DNA of 58,656 bases from Candidatus Zixiibacteriota bacterium (GTDB lineage: Bacteria; Zixibacteria; MSB-5A5; GN15; FEB-12): NCBI GenBank assembly GCA_041742355.1, contig JBGSIV010000191.1, forward strand, positions 1-58,656. The letters are read 5' to 3'. The notes below the pieces were generated by a model that was given only the letters and a program-made list of their open reading frames with translations, made no database searches and had not been told where the DNA came from. This document shows, piece by piece, positions 38,883 to 48,801 of the stretch (its first letter is position 1; every line of letters starts with the position of its first letter). Position numbers and translations under genes: made by a program.

Positions 38883-38930
38883 CTCATAACCCGAAGGTCG
38901 GAGGTTCAAATCCTCCCCCCGCCACCATAA
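38883..38930 (+). repeat. Duplicated 3' half of tRNA-fMet including CCA (outer attR)
   Basis: CTCATAACCCGAAGGTCGGAGGTTCAAATCCTCCCCCCGCCA-CCATAA. Confidence 0.95.
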
Positions 38931-39141
38931 AGCACTACCTCCCATCAGCTTCTATTGCCTATCGTGGATATTCAGACCTACGCAAGGCGTGACTATCTAT
39001 AAGTCTCGCTTCGATGGCTCTCTATGAGCCAAAGCAACTCAACTGAACTGCAGGTCTGCGCACCCCCTTACATCGGGCCAAGAGCCTCGCCAACCAGCTG
39101 CCAGCAGTACGCCAGCCGCTCAGGCGTGGATCAATCACAGA

Positions 39142-39178
39142 AACGGGGTGGAACGTTGATCTATTGTTCCACCCCGTT
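39142..39178 (-). terminator. 13-bp stem hairpin downstream of the 913-aa gene
   Basis: AACGGGGTGGAAC-N11-GTTCCACCCCGTT. Confidence 0.55.
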
Positions 39179-39209
39179 GGCAGATCCATTCAAAGCATTC
39201 TTCTGACCG

Positions 39210-41951
39210 TCAATCGTGGCACGATTGGGGCTCGGGACCTCCCCTGAACAAGTATTTCACAAAGGCGGTGATATCCGCAACGTTTACCTGGCAGTCGCCG
39301 GTAGCATCACACGGCTGCAAGAACACGGGCGACGGGCCGCCACGGAAGATGAAGGCGACGAGGTAGGTCAAATCCGAGACAGTTGCCTGGCCATCGGCAT
39401 TAACATCGCCGGAGCGATGCCCTATTAACACGAACTCGCCGACGTGGCCGAATGGGCTGGCATCGTTGAACTCACCCGTCAGGGCATACGGGCGGACAGT
39501 TGTGCCCCAGCTCGGGACGAACTGCGCAACCAGCGGCGGGATGGGGAAAGTCACCATAAGCACATCTCCCGGGAAACCAGCGTAGTCGTTTACCACTTCG
39601 GCCGCAGCCGGCTCAATACTTCCATTGACGCGCAAGCTGGAGAGATTGATGTCATTGACGTTCCCTGCGGCTGTGCCACCGAGATAGATGGTTCCGGTAA
39701 TGCTGTTAACTGCGAAGGCTTGGAACGCGTACAGCGTGGGCGGCTCGAGGGCAACGGCGATCGGAGCCGCAAGCGTCAGCAGCGAGAAACCATCCACGTC
39801 GGTCACCGTGACAGTGTTGGCGGATGCATCAACTGTGCCGCCGACGAGAGACCATGTGGCGCCGGCATCGTTTGATGCGTACACCAGGAGACCGCCCTCG
39901 CCCATTCCGCCGAGTTCGCTCTCGTCGTAGTGGAGGACGGTGGTAGCAGCCAGGCCGGTGTTGACGGCCGGCAGCACCTCAAAGTACCGTGGCAAGGTAG
40001 TAACATCGGCGATTGTGTAGGGGGAACCGGTGACGCGACGCACCGTGGTCTCGCCCGGGCTGTCGTTGTCAGCATTGATCTCCAGACCGATACCGCTGAA
40101 GGACTCGTTGACGCCCAATCCCAGTGAGCGAGTGGCTTCAACCGTTCCCTGGACGACGAAGCCCGAGGTCTCCGACAACAGCGACATTTGCCCCAAGATG
40201 AGCTTGTAGCTCCCTGTGTTTAGTTCGCTGCCCACCGGGCTAACTACGCCGTTGACGGTCACATCGGCACTCAGAGTCACCCCCTGGTCGCCGGTAATGG
40301 TCAGATTCTGCAGCACAGCCGGATCGGCCGGAATCTCCAAGCCGGTGGTTACCGGGCTGACGGTACTGATATACTCGACATTGGCCATCGACCCGAAGGC
40401 CGGCGGAGCGGCCACGGTACCGGTGGCGCGGCGGATTGTTGCCCCATCGGCCATCGCGAGAACGGCCCCCGAGTTGTCCAACAAACCAGCGGAGAGAATC
40501 AGGTTGCCGTTGACCGTCGCGTCGGCGCTCAATGTTACGGTCTGGCCGGTGCAGAAGACGGTCAGGTCCATAAGCGTGGAAGGATCGGTCGGCAGTTCCG
40601 GTCCGGTGGCTACGGAACTAGCGGTGCTGGTATACCTGACGTTGGCCCCGCCGAGGAACAACGGCGGCGTCGAGATTTCTCCCGTGGCGCGCGAAATCAA
40701 GCCCCCGTCGGCTAGTGCGAGAATAACCTCGGGGTCCGTAATGTCGAGGAGGCCGGAGGTCAAGCGGACCGTTCCATTCACGGTCAGCGTCTGGGGCGAT
40801 GACGCCGAAAGGACGGCGGCCGCGGAGTTATTGACCGTGAGACTGTCGGCAACCAAACGCCCGCCGGTCAGCGCCCACTGCTTGGGAGCGGCGACCGAGC
40901 CGAAGCTGAACTCGAGATCGTAGTAGTCGAGGTCAGCCACCGTTTGCGTGCTCGAAGTACGCTGGTACCGCACCTTGCCATTGTTGACAAGGGTCGGGGG
41001 GAAGATAGTGGTCGAGCTGGTTGTCTTGTAGGTCGCACCGGGGTTGAGGACCACAGAGCTAGCCGGAAACCAGATATCGGACGTTGTGACGCATTCGATC
41101 TCTCCGCCGGCTTCGACCGTGATCGTACCGGGGTTGAACATGGCCCCGCTGGAACTGGTCCACAGACCGGTACCAAGCGTGATGCTCCCGCCCTCTTTGA
41201 CATCGATGCCCCCGATGCTGATGTCACTGGAGCTGGCGTCGTAGAACTCGGCGATCCCGTAAACGGTCATTTTGCCAATTGGGATTGAGCCGACGTTGCT
41301 GCGGATCCAGTGTGAGCCGGTGCCGTCGACCATCAGGAACTGGCCGTCGGCGCGTACGATGATCTGCAGGACCTGGTTATTGGTGAAGTTCGCACTTGAG
41401 GCGAAGCGGGCCTCGAACTCATCGTCGGCTCCCATTTCGAAAATGCCGCTGATGATCTCAAGGCTGTTCTGGACGGCAAAGCGCATAGCGTTGCCGGCGG
41501 TTGCGACCTTCTTGTCGGCCGGCTTGTCGATCACGATGTCGCGGAAAGACGTGGAGCCTCCGGTGGTGCTCCAGCCGGCAAGTGTCTGGTCATCGTTGCC
41601 GACGAAGTAGACATAGGCCGAGGTGCCGGACCAGCCCGCGCTGAAGACGTTGTGAGATTCAGCGGCGAGTGTGAAATCGCCGTGGATCGTCAGTCGGCTG
41701 TTGGAATTCATGTCGATGTGCGCAGACGTGTCTGCAAACGATATGGAGCTGCAGACCGAAGTGGCATCATCGACGGAAATAGTGTGACCCGCACCGATCA
41801 GGACATCGTCCGTCTCAGTCGGCTCAGATCCGCCGACCCAGGTGGCGCCGACGCGCCACTCTCCCGATTGCGCCGTGGTGACAGTCGCGGCCTGGGCGGC
41901 CCCGCATAGCAGGAGTCCGAGCAGGGCGATGAAAGTGAACGCTGTTTTCAT
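39210..41951 (-). CDS. Large secreted beta-rich protein (G8-like N-terminus, internal repeats, C-terminal dockerin-like domain)
   Basis: Signal peptide ..AAQA; SGEW..TW..P..DDVLI.AGH; two ~88-aa repeats; GDVNADG..VSDLTYLVAFIFRGGP and DATGDCQVNVADI..YLFRGGP. Confidence 0.8.
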   Translation of the reverse strand: MKTAFTFIALLGLLLCGAAQAATVTTAQSGEWRVGATWVGGSEPTETDDVLIGAGHTISVDDATSVCSSISFADTSAHIDMNSNSRLTIHGDFTLAAESHNVFSAGWSGTSAYVYFVGNDDQTLAGWSTTGGSTSFRDIVIDKPADKKVATAGNAMRFAVQNSLEIISGIFEMGADDEFEARFASSANFTNNQVLQIIVRADGQFLMVDGTGSHWIRSNVGSIPIGKMTVYGIAEFYDASSSDISIGGIDVKEGGSITLGTGLWTSSSGAMFNPGTITVEAGGEIECVTTSDIWFPASSVVLNPGATYKTTSSTTIFPPTLVNNGKVRYQRTSSTQTVADLDYYDLEFSFGSVAAPKQWALTGGRLVADSLTVNNSAAAVLSASSPQTLTVNGTVRLTSGLLDITDPEVILALADGGLISRATGEISTPPLFLGGANVRYTSTASSVATGPELPTDPSTLMDLTVFCTGQTVTLSADATVNGNLILSAGLLDNSGAVLAMADGATIRRATGTVAAPPAFGSMANVEYISTVSPVTTGLEIPADPAVLQNLTITGDQGVTLSADVTVNGVVSPVGSELNTGSYKLILGQMSLLSETSGFVVQGTVEATRSLGLGVNESFSGIGLEINADNDSPGETTVRRVTGSPYTIADVTTLPRYFEVLPAVNTGLAATTVLHYDESELGGMGEGGLLVYASNDAGATWSLVGGTVDASANTVTVTDVDGFSLLTLAAPIAVALEPPTLYAFQAFAVNSITGTIYLGGTAAGNVNDINLSSLRVNGSIEPAAAEVVNDYAGFPGDVLMVTFPIPPLVAQFVPSWGTTVRPYALTGEFNDASPFGHVGEFVLIGHRSGDVNADGQATVSDLTYLVAFIFRGGPSPVFLQPCDATGDCQVNVADITAFVKYLFRGGPEPQSCHD

Positions 41952-42244
41952 GGGTGTTCCTCCAATGACTTCTGTAAGACACCTAAATCATCCAATATGA
42001 TCTTCAGGAGCGGGGTCACTCCATTCTTTACTGCCTTCGAGTCGAAGTAGACGGCCCGGCGCAAGATTGGGCGGGTATACGTCGGCGGACAAAGACCGTC
42101 TCAATTATAAGAAGCAAAAAGTGTGCAAGCTCTGAGCAGAATCACATCTGTTTGGTTTGCAAGGTGTTGGCGTGCGCGTCAGGGGTATCCCGCAGCTTGG
42201 GCGGGCTGAATTCGCACGCCCCGGCGGGTTGGAACCGCCCGATT

Positions 42245-43630
42245 TTAGTCTCGGCTTCGTCCCGGAGTGATCCCGTACTCCTGCATCTTGGAATAGAGGA
42301 GCCGGCGGTGGATGTTAAGCAGTTTGGCCGCCTCGGTCCGGTTCCAATCGGCCCGTTTGAGGGCGCGGAGGATCATCTTCTTTTCCATTGCGGCGAGCAC
42401 TTCGTGCATGGAAAGGCCGCGGCTCAATTGCTGGTCCAGGAGAGTGTCATCATCCACCTCGGCGGGGTGCTGGACAAGCGAACCGAACGTCAGAATGTCC
42501 TCCCGGGCGGTCACAACAGCGCTGAGGATGACGTTTTCCAGCTCTCGGACATTCCCTGGCCAGTGGTACGCCCGCAGCTTGTGCAGTTCTTCAGGCGGAA
42601 TGACGAGGCGGCGGTCGGGGGCGTACTTCTGGAGGAAGTGTTTGACGAGCAGGGGGAGGTCCTCCAAGCGGTCGCGCAGGGGTGGGAGATCGATCCGGAC
42701 GACTTTCAAGCGAAAGAAGAGATCCTCGCGGAATCGCCCGGCATGCACCTCATCATCGAGTTTCCGGTTGGTGGCGGCGATCACGCGGACATCGACAGTA
42801 ATCGGTTTCTCGCCGCCGAGGCGGAAGAACGATTTGTGTTCGAGAACCCGCAGCAGTCGTACCTGCAGCGAGGGGGGCATCGAGGAAACCTCGTCCAGAA
42901 AGAGGGTACCCTGGTGGGCCAGTTCAAACTTCCCCTGGCGCTGGGCAATGGCGCCCGTGAAAGAACCTTTTTCGTGGCCGAATATTTCCGATTCGAGCAC
43001 GCTCTCGGAAAAGGCGCCGCAATTGACCTTTACGTAGGGCATGTCCCGCCTGGCGGAATGCCTCTGAATGGCATCGGCGATCAACTCCTTACCGGTCCCG
43101 CTGGATCCGGTAATGAGCACGGCGGCATCGACTGTGGAGATGAGACCGATGAGCTTGAAAATCTCGTTCATTCTCGCGCTTTTCCCGATAATGGCCAGGT
43201 CGTCCTCCGGCGGACGCACACGCAACTTCGTGCGGAGGTCCTGGACTTCGGAAAGCAGGCTGGAGTAGTCGAGGGAGCGTCGGACTATGATCTTGAATTC
43301 TTCGAGTTCGAAAGGTTTTTCGAGGTAGTCATACGCGCCTGCCTTCATCGCCGAAATAGCCCGCTCGCTTGTGCCGAACGCGGTGAAAACGATGACCGGC
43401 AGGTCCGGCCGGAGCTGCTTGAGTTCGTGCAGCACCGCGATCCCGTCGCGCTTGGGCAGATTGATATCCAGGAGAACAAGGTCGAGTTGCCGTTCCGCCG
43501 CGATCGCCATGGCTTCATCAGGGTCTCCCGCTTCCCACAGGCGGTAGCCGTCGGAGGCAAGCAGGTCCACAATATTCGCGCGCATTGAGGGTTCGTCGTC
43601 CACGATGAGTATCTGCTTCCCTGATGTCAT
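42245..43630 (-). CDS. NtrC/AtoC-type sigma-54 response regulator
   Basis: REC domain (ILIVDDE..LLDINLP..KPF), GSSGTGKE, GSFTGA, FLDE, WPGNVRELEN, Fis-type HTH; ATG 43630 overlaps the kinase stop. Confidence 0.95.
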   Translation of the reverse strand: MTSGKQILIVDDEPSMRANIVDLLASDGYRLWEAGDPDEAMAIAAERQLDLVLLDINLPKRDGIAVLHELKQLRPDLPVIVFTAFGTSERAISAMKAGAYDYLEKPFELEEFKIIVRRSLDYSSLLSEVQDLRTKLRVRPPEDDLAIIGKSARMNEIFKLIGLISTVDAAVLITGSSGTGKELIADAIQRHSARRDMPYVKVNCGAFSESVLESEIFGHEKGSFTGAIAQRQGKFELAHQGTLFLDEVSSMPPSLQVRLLRVLEHKSFFRLGGEKPITVDVRVIAATNRKLDDEVHAGRFREDLFFRLKVVRIDLPPLRDRLEDLPLLVKHFLQKYAPDRRLVIPPEELHKLRAYHWPGNVRELENVILSAVVTAREDILTFGSLVQHPAEVDDDTLLDQQLSRGLSMHEVLAAMEKKMILRALKRADWNRTEAAKLLNIHRRLLYSKMQEYGITPGRSRD

Positions 43631-45186
43631 TTTAGAACTCCCTGATGGCCTGTCCGGACGGGCAGGGTTATGACGCACCGTGCGCCGGGTCCATCGGCCG
43701 GACCGTAGATGATCGAGCCGCCGTGCGCGGCGATGATTTCGTAGCAGATCGACAATCCCAGACCGTTTCCGCGGTTCTTGGTGGTGAAGAACGGGTCGAA
43801 GATGCGGTGCAGGATCTGCTCCGGAATGCCCGGTCCGCTATCTGCGATGGCGATAGTGATCGATGCCCCTCGCTCAGTCAATTTTGATTCCACGGTGATG
43901 CAGCCGGGTTCGTTCATGGCTTCATAGGCATTGTTCAGCACGTTCGTGAACACCTGGATAAGGCTGTTGCCGTCGGCCAGGGGCCTCGGGAGGCCGGCTT
44001 CGAGTTGCCGAACGATCGTGATGTCGGGGCGTTTCTGGTTCGAATCGACGAGGCTGATGCTATGTTCGATGAGGGCGTTGATATCAGCCGGTTGAAACTG
44101 CTCCGCTACCGGTTTGGAGAATACGAGCAGGCGCTTGATGAGCCGGGCCAGCCGGTCAGTTTCATTGACAACCAGTTGAATGGATTCCTCGGTGATGCCG
44201 CACGGTCTGCCGGCCCGGCCGCAGTCAGGGGCGCTTTTGATCGACTCCTGCCACATCTGAACCCGGGTTTTGATGATGGCGAGTGGAGTTCGGATTTCGT
44301 GCGCCACGCCGGCGACAAGGGTGCCGAGAGAGGCCATTTTGCGCTTCTGCTGCAGCTCTCGTTCCAATTGTACCTGGTTGGCATGCGCCTTGGCCAGATT
44401 CCCGAGCATAGTGTTGATAGACCGGCTGATCTGCCCGATCGGGCCGCGCGGAACGTACACCGTACTCTGCTCACCGTGCTGGATTCTCTCGAGGTCGGAA
44501 AGGATATGACGGATCTTGGCGCGCTGGAAGGCGGAAATAAAGATCACCAGAAAGAAGCTCAGAAGGGATACGAGGGCCGAAATGTTGGCCACCTGGCGGA
44601 GTCTCAGCGCGGGCAGTTTCCGCTCGATGTGCACGCGAGTCCAGATTGCTCCCACCGTGGTGCCGTCAACCTGAATCGGCACGGTAGCAAGGGGGAAGAC
44701 CGCAGGATCGAAACGGTGGACATCGATGAGAGTCCGACCCGATGCAATTGTCTCGAGTGCTTGGGCCTTGATGATTTCGTAGGATCGGGGCGGAGGGCCG
44801 TAAGCCGGGCTGGGCGGCGGCGAGGTGGGGAACGAGTAGCCGTAAAACCCGTCGTATACGGGGAAGTAGAAGCCGCCCTCCATGCCGACCACGCGTTCGA
44901 GAACGTCATGCGTGACCTCCCGGAGGCGGATATTCAGGGAGTCCAGAGCGTGGTGGGAGATGTCGCCGGTCGCGAAGTAGGAGTCAGTTGCCAGTGAGTC
45001 AAGGACAGTGGCGGAAAGGTCGGCAAGTTCTTCGGCAACCAGCTGCGTCAGCGCATTGTTGGCCTGAATGACGTCGTCCGTCCATCGTCCAATGGTGATG
45101 AAGGCCATCACGGAGAGTGCGGCCACTCCAAGAACAAAAGCGATCGCCCAGACGATAGCACGGGTTGTGATGTCTCTCAGTTGCAT
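43627..45186 (-). CDS. Membrane sensor histidine kinase
   Basis: Two TM helices, H-box AHEIRTPL, N-box [26 protein letters not shown]; likely start 45186. Confidence 0.93.
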   Translation of the reverse strand: MQLRDITTRAIVWAIAFVLGVAALSVMAFITIGRWTDDVIQANNALTQLVAEELADLSATVLDSLATDSYFATGDISHHALDSLNIRLREVTHDVLERVVGMEGGFYFPVYDGFYGYSFPTSPPPSPAYGPPPRSYEIIKAQALETIASGRTLIDVHRFDPAVFPLATVPIQVDGTTVGAIWTRVHIERKLPALRLRQVANISALVSLLSFFLVIFISAFQRAKIRHILSDLERIQHGEQSTVYVPRGPIGQISRSINTMLGNLAKAHANQVQLERELQQKRKMASLGTLVAGVAHEIRTPLAIIKTRVQMWQESIKSAPDCGRAGRPCGITEESIQLVVNETDRLARLIKRLLVFSKPVAEQFQPADINALIEHSISLVDSNQKRPDITIVRQLEAGLPRPLADGNSLIQVFTNVLNNAYEAMNEPGCITVESKLTERGASITIAIADSGPGIPEQILHRIFDPFFTTKNRGNGLGLSICYEIIAAHGGSIIYGPADGPGARCVITLPVRTGHQGVLK

Positions 45187-45440
45187 CCCATTCTCACTTG
45201 ATGCGGCGTCCACGCGGTTTCGCACGACAGCCGGCGACCGCACAATAACCCACGGCCTGTCACACAGTATACAAGATGCATGCCAACCGGGCGAGGTGCC
45301 GCTCTGTTCGTTCAACGGCGCAGGATTTACCGACAACTGGGCTTGAAGCGCCCGTCTTTGGGGCTAAAATAGCACACTCCCGCCGCCTCACCAACACTAA
45401 TTGCGATAGGAACAGTAGTATGGCCTTGACGCTGGCGATT

Positions 45441-45455
45441 CGGCACGCTGGTTGT
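45441..45455 (+). promoter_or_regulatory. Putative sigma-54 promoter of the PGA operon
   Basis: CGGCAC-GCTGG-TTGT; TGT-N10-ACA at 45258-45273 as a possible enhancer. Confidence 0.55.
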
Positions 45456-45583
45456 TATCCTTCTTTTCGAGTGTGAGTGCCCGGCGACCGGTGCGGCGCG
45501 TGTTTCCGTACCGAGGATGTCTGGGCCATGACAACCGAGCGGACCGAGGCGACGACCCGAGTCAAACATCAGGAGGTGGCGAT

Positions 45584-47413
45584 TTGGTCAGACGTCATGG
45601 AATCTTAAGCTGTACTCTCGCGGCGGTCGTGATCCCCTTACTGCTGACCATATCATCGTGTGACTCCCTATTTGTAAACGATGGGGATGCGGACAAGGGA
45701 ATCATGTCCACCAACGGGTACTTCTACTTTGCTGACAACGGTGCGAACTGCGTACTGATGCTGGACAACAACTTGCGTGATCTGGGTGACTGGCGGCTCG
45801 ACGCACTGACTCTGGAGGATCGGGTTCAGGGGCTCAGTTCCGATGGCCGCAACCTCTGGCTGTCTGTCGCGGGAAATATTGACCAGTTGATTCTGGTGGA
45901 CACATCCGGCGACGAGGTGACGGTGGTACGTGCTTTCGAAGCACCGCCGCAGGGGCGCGGGACGATCAGAGACATCGCATGGGACGGCCTTTACCTCTGG
46001 GCGGTCAACAGCGGTTCGACTACGTACAACATTCCGCCGACTCTGTACAAGGTCTCGCCGACCGACGGCAGCATTCTCGGGGAATGGGTCTTGCCGACAT
46101 CCGAACCGAGGGCGCTCGCTCATGTGCCCGAAAACGGTGATGCGTATGGTCGCGGGGCGACGCCGGGTATTTACTACGCTGATGTGGATGCCGATGCCGT
46201 GTACTGCTTCAACACGGCGAAGATGCAGTTCGTGTATGCCTTTGCCAGTCCGGAACCGCCCCGCGGGGTCGACTACATCTTTCCCGTGGGAATGTGCTTC
46301 GACGGAAACAACTTCTGGCTCGTCAACTCAAGCAGCGCCGGCGATCATCTCTTCAGTCTGGATTACCGCGGCAATGTCCGTGAGATGGTCGAGTTGACAC
46401 AGAAGACTCCGGGGCCCATCTGCTGGACCTCCATGCCGATCCTGACCCTGACCGGGGTGACGCCGAACACCGGCGCCCGGGGCAATACCATGACAGCAAA
46501 GGTCATTGGCACCGGTTTCCAGAGCGGAAGCGGTTTGCAGGTGTCATTCGGCGAAGGGATCACGGTCGACCAGATGACCCACATCGATCCGTTTGAACTC
46601 GAGGTGACGATCACTATCGCCGAAGCGGCCGTTTTCGGTTACCGCAACGTGACGGTGACCAATCCCAATGGCCAGTCGGTGACGGGGGAGAACCTGTTCC
46701 AGGTGACTGAATTCGATCCGCTCGCCGGATTCCTCTGGCTTGCCGACGGGTTCAGTAACATCCTCTACAAAATCCGAATTCTCGATACGGCTATCGTTCA
46801 AACCTGGGATCTCCTTGAGGTGGCTCCGGGCGGCTCGCCGCAAGGATTGGCGTTCGACGGCACAGCCCTCTGGCTCTCGGCGGGAGGAACGGACGACTTA
46901 ATCATGCGCCTGGATACAGCCGATGGCTCGCTCTCCAGACTTCAGTCCTTCACCGCACCGCCGAATGCGGAGGGAGTTATCCGGGAGATCGCGTTCGATG
47001 GCGCCTTTATGTGGGCGGGCAACGATGTGAGCGACAAGATATACAAGATCGACTATAGCGATGGGACCGTGGTCGATTCGATCACGACGCCGGGCGTGGA
47101 AATCCGCGGGGTCGCGGTCGCCGAGGGTACGCTCTACTGCAACGATCGCACGCTCGACTCGGTGTACGCCTGGAATGCCCAGTCGTCGACATGGTCGGCC
47201 GTGTTTGCGATTCCCACGCCACCGGGAGGTACGACGGCGAACCGGTATTCGACCGGGATGACTTTCGACGGCGTCAATTTCTGGATTGCCAACAGCACGT
47301 TCGAGTTCGACTACCTCTTCCAGGTAAGCCCCGACGGGACGCTGCTGCGAACCTATGAAGTACCCGGCCGGGGGGATGCCCAGCCGAGCGCCCTGGTTTA
47401 CACACAGGAGTAA
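45584..47413 (+). CDS. Lipoprotein with two beta-propeller regions around an IPT/TIG Ig domain
   Basis: AGGAGGT RBS then TTG 45584; lipobox ISSC; repeated G(L/M).(F/W)DG..(L/F)W blades; LTGVTPNTGARG..GTGF. Confidence 0.8.
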   Translation: MVRRHGILSCTLAAVVIPLLLTISSCDSLFVNDGDADKGIMSTNGYFYFADNGANCVLMLDNNLRDLGDWRLDALTLEDRVQGLSSDGRNLWLSVAGNIDQLILVDTSGDEVTVVRAFEAPPQGRGTIRDIAWDGLYLWAVNSGSTTYNIPPTLYKVSPTDGSILGEWVLPTSEPRALAHVPENGDAYGRGATPGIYYADVDADAVYCFNTAKMQFVYAFASPEPPRGVDYIFPVGMCFDGNNFWLVNSSSAGDHLFSLDYRGNVREMVELTQKTPGPICWTSMPILTLTGVTPNTGARGNTMTAKVIGTGFQSGSGLQVSFGEGITVDQMTHIDPFELEVTITIAEAAVFGYRNVTVTNPNGQSVTGENLFQVTEFDPLAGFLWLADGFSNILYKIRILDTAIVQTWDLLEVAPGGSPQGLAFDGTALWLSAGGTDDLIMRLDTADGSLSRLQSFTAPPNAEGVIREIAFDGAFMWAGNDVSDKIYKIDYSDGTVVDSITTPGVEIRGVAVAEGTLYCNDRTLDSVYAWNAQSSTWSAVFAIPTPPGGTTANRYSTGMTFDGVNFWIANSTFEFDYLFQVSPDGTLLRTYEVPGRGDAQPSALVYTQE

Positions 47414-47423
47414 GGTAGCCGAG

Positions 47424-48713
47424 ATGAACAACATCAGATACATCATTAGCCTGGCGCTGGTGGCGGCCGCCCTGCTAGTTCAGCCATCGGTGCAGGCCGC
47501 TCGCACCAGCCTCGAGGGGGATTTCCGGCTGCGGGCATACAACGACCGCTTCACCGACGACATGGACGGTCGCGGCGACGAGAACTACATGCGGTACCTG
47601 GCGCGGATTCGGTCCAAGGTGCAGGTGAGTCCGCAGACGACCTTTTACGCCGAGTTCACGTCGTGGATCGACAACAACCCGCTGTCGCCGACACGCAACA
47701 TCGCGGGAACCGGCAAGATGCAGTACGGTATCAGCCAGGTTTTCGCCGAATTGAAACAACCCAACGTGTGGTTCGTCGATTTGCTCCGCCTGCGGGTCGG
47801 CCGCCAGCAGTTTCCCATCGGCGAGGGACTGGCGCTGGGTGAGTCGTACTATTATTTCGACCGTTTCGACGGCGCGCGGCTCGATCTCTATATTTCCGGC
47901 TACGCCCTGTCGCTCTTCGGTGCGATTGTCGACCAGAACCTCAGTATTAGCGGCCTGTATCCGGATCCCGGTAGTGAGCAGCTGTACGCGGGGCGGCTGT
48001 CCCACGGCTTCTTCGGGCATGACGTCATGGGATATGCCATCTACCACAAGCTGAAGGGACAGTTTAACGACAGCTATGTCGTCGGCGGCGGCGTCAGCGG
48101 CGAGCGCGAGCGGGGGCGCCTGACGTACTTCGTGGAAGGAGCCTACCAGCGGTTCAACGTACTCGACGGCCTTCCGGAGAAGGCCGGCATGGGCTACATG
48201 GCCGGTATCGGCTACCGCTGGAACATGGGGCCCTTCCGGTCAGTGAAAGTTGAGACGCGCTATGCCGCATACCAGGGGGATGATTCCACAACCGCCGATG
48301 TCGAAATGTTCAGCCCGCTGTACCCGAGTTTCTTCTGGGGGAACCGGGTTGGTTATGTCAGCGGGTCGATCGGCGGCGACTACCCGTTCGATGGGCGCAA
48401 CCTCGAGGGCACGCGCCTGTGGTGGACGCGCGCTTATGTCATTCCGTACCGGCTCCCGAAGCTGCGCGTGCAGGCGGAGTACCTGTACATCACCGAGTGG
48501 GTGGACAATGACGGGTACAATTCCATGGACAGCGAAGTCGCCCTGAAGTTCTACTATGACATTTCGAGCGGAACCCGCCTGGAGCTTCGGTTTGCCCGTG
48601 ATTTCCCGAACGAGGACTACGATCGCGATATGAACGGCAACGGTGCGATTTCGTGGTCGGAGGACCGGGTTTCGGTCACCCGCTTCATGGTGGGATACAC
48701 GGTCAACTTCTAA
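47424..48713 (+). CDS. Outer-membrane beta-barrel (alginate-export/porin-like)
   Basis: Signal peptide ..VQA; LRVGRQ..FDG motif; alternating aromatic strands; terminal YTVNF. Confidence 0.75.
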   Translation: MNNIRYIISLALVAAALLVQPSVQAARTSLEGDFRLRAYNDRFTDDMDGRGDENYMRYLARIRSKVQVSPQTTFYAEFTSWIDNNPLSPTRNIAGTGKMQYGISQVFAELKQPNVWFVDLLRLRVGRQQFPIGEGLALGESYYYFDRFDGARLDLYISGYALSLFGAIVDQNLSISGLYPDPGSEQLYAGRLSHGFFGHDVMGYAIYHKLKGQFNDSYVVGGGVSGERERGRLTYFVEGAYQRFNVLDGLPEKAGMGYMAGIGYRWNMGPFRSVKVETRYAAYQGDDSTTADVEMFSPLYPSFFWGNRVGYVSGSIGGDYPFDGRNLEGTRLWWTRAYVIPYRLPKLRVQAEYLYITEWVDNDGYNSMDSEVALKFYYDISSGTRLELRFARDFPNEDYDRDMNGNGAISWSEDRVSVTRFMVGYTVNF

Positions 48714-48722
48714 CGATCCTGC

Positions 48723-48759
48723 CGATCCCGGCGCGGGAGAACCTCCCGCGCCGGGATCG
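48723..48759. other. Perfect 17-bp intergenic hairpin without a U-tract
   Basis: CGATCCCGGCGCGGGAG-aac-CTCCCGCGCCGGGATCG. Confidence 0.8.
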
Positions 48760-48801
48760 CACCCGTACCAACCAAGCTCGTTTCCTGGAGGCTTCTGCGC
48801 A

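Larger units (their letters stand above)
24709..38930. mobile_element. Older ~14.2 kb integrase-less island at the same tRNA
   Basis: 38883-38924 exactly repeats tRNA 2458-2499 (42 bp; 48 bp once the LSR element is removed); accessory cargo; no recombinase gene inside. Confidence 0.75.

Noticed and set aside
38883-38927. Second tRNA-Met gene
   Set aside because: Only the 3' half is present; the 5' acceptor strand and D-arm are missing
42114-42128. Sigma-54 promoter for the 913-aa gene (TTGCAC-N5-TTGC, minus strand)
   Set aside because: The essential -24 GG reads TG; too weak to call
42152-43588. 478-aa plus-strand ORF, and similar long antisense ORFs such as 44005-44997
   Set aside because: Antisense shadows of well-supported regulator and kinase genes in GC-rich DNA
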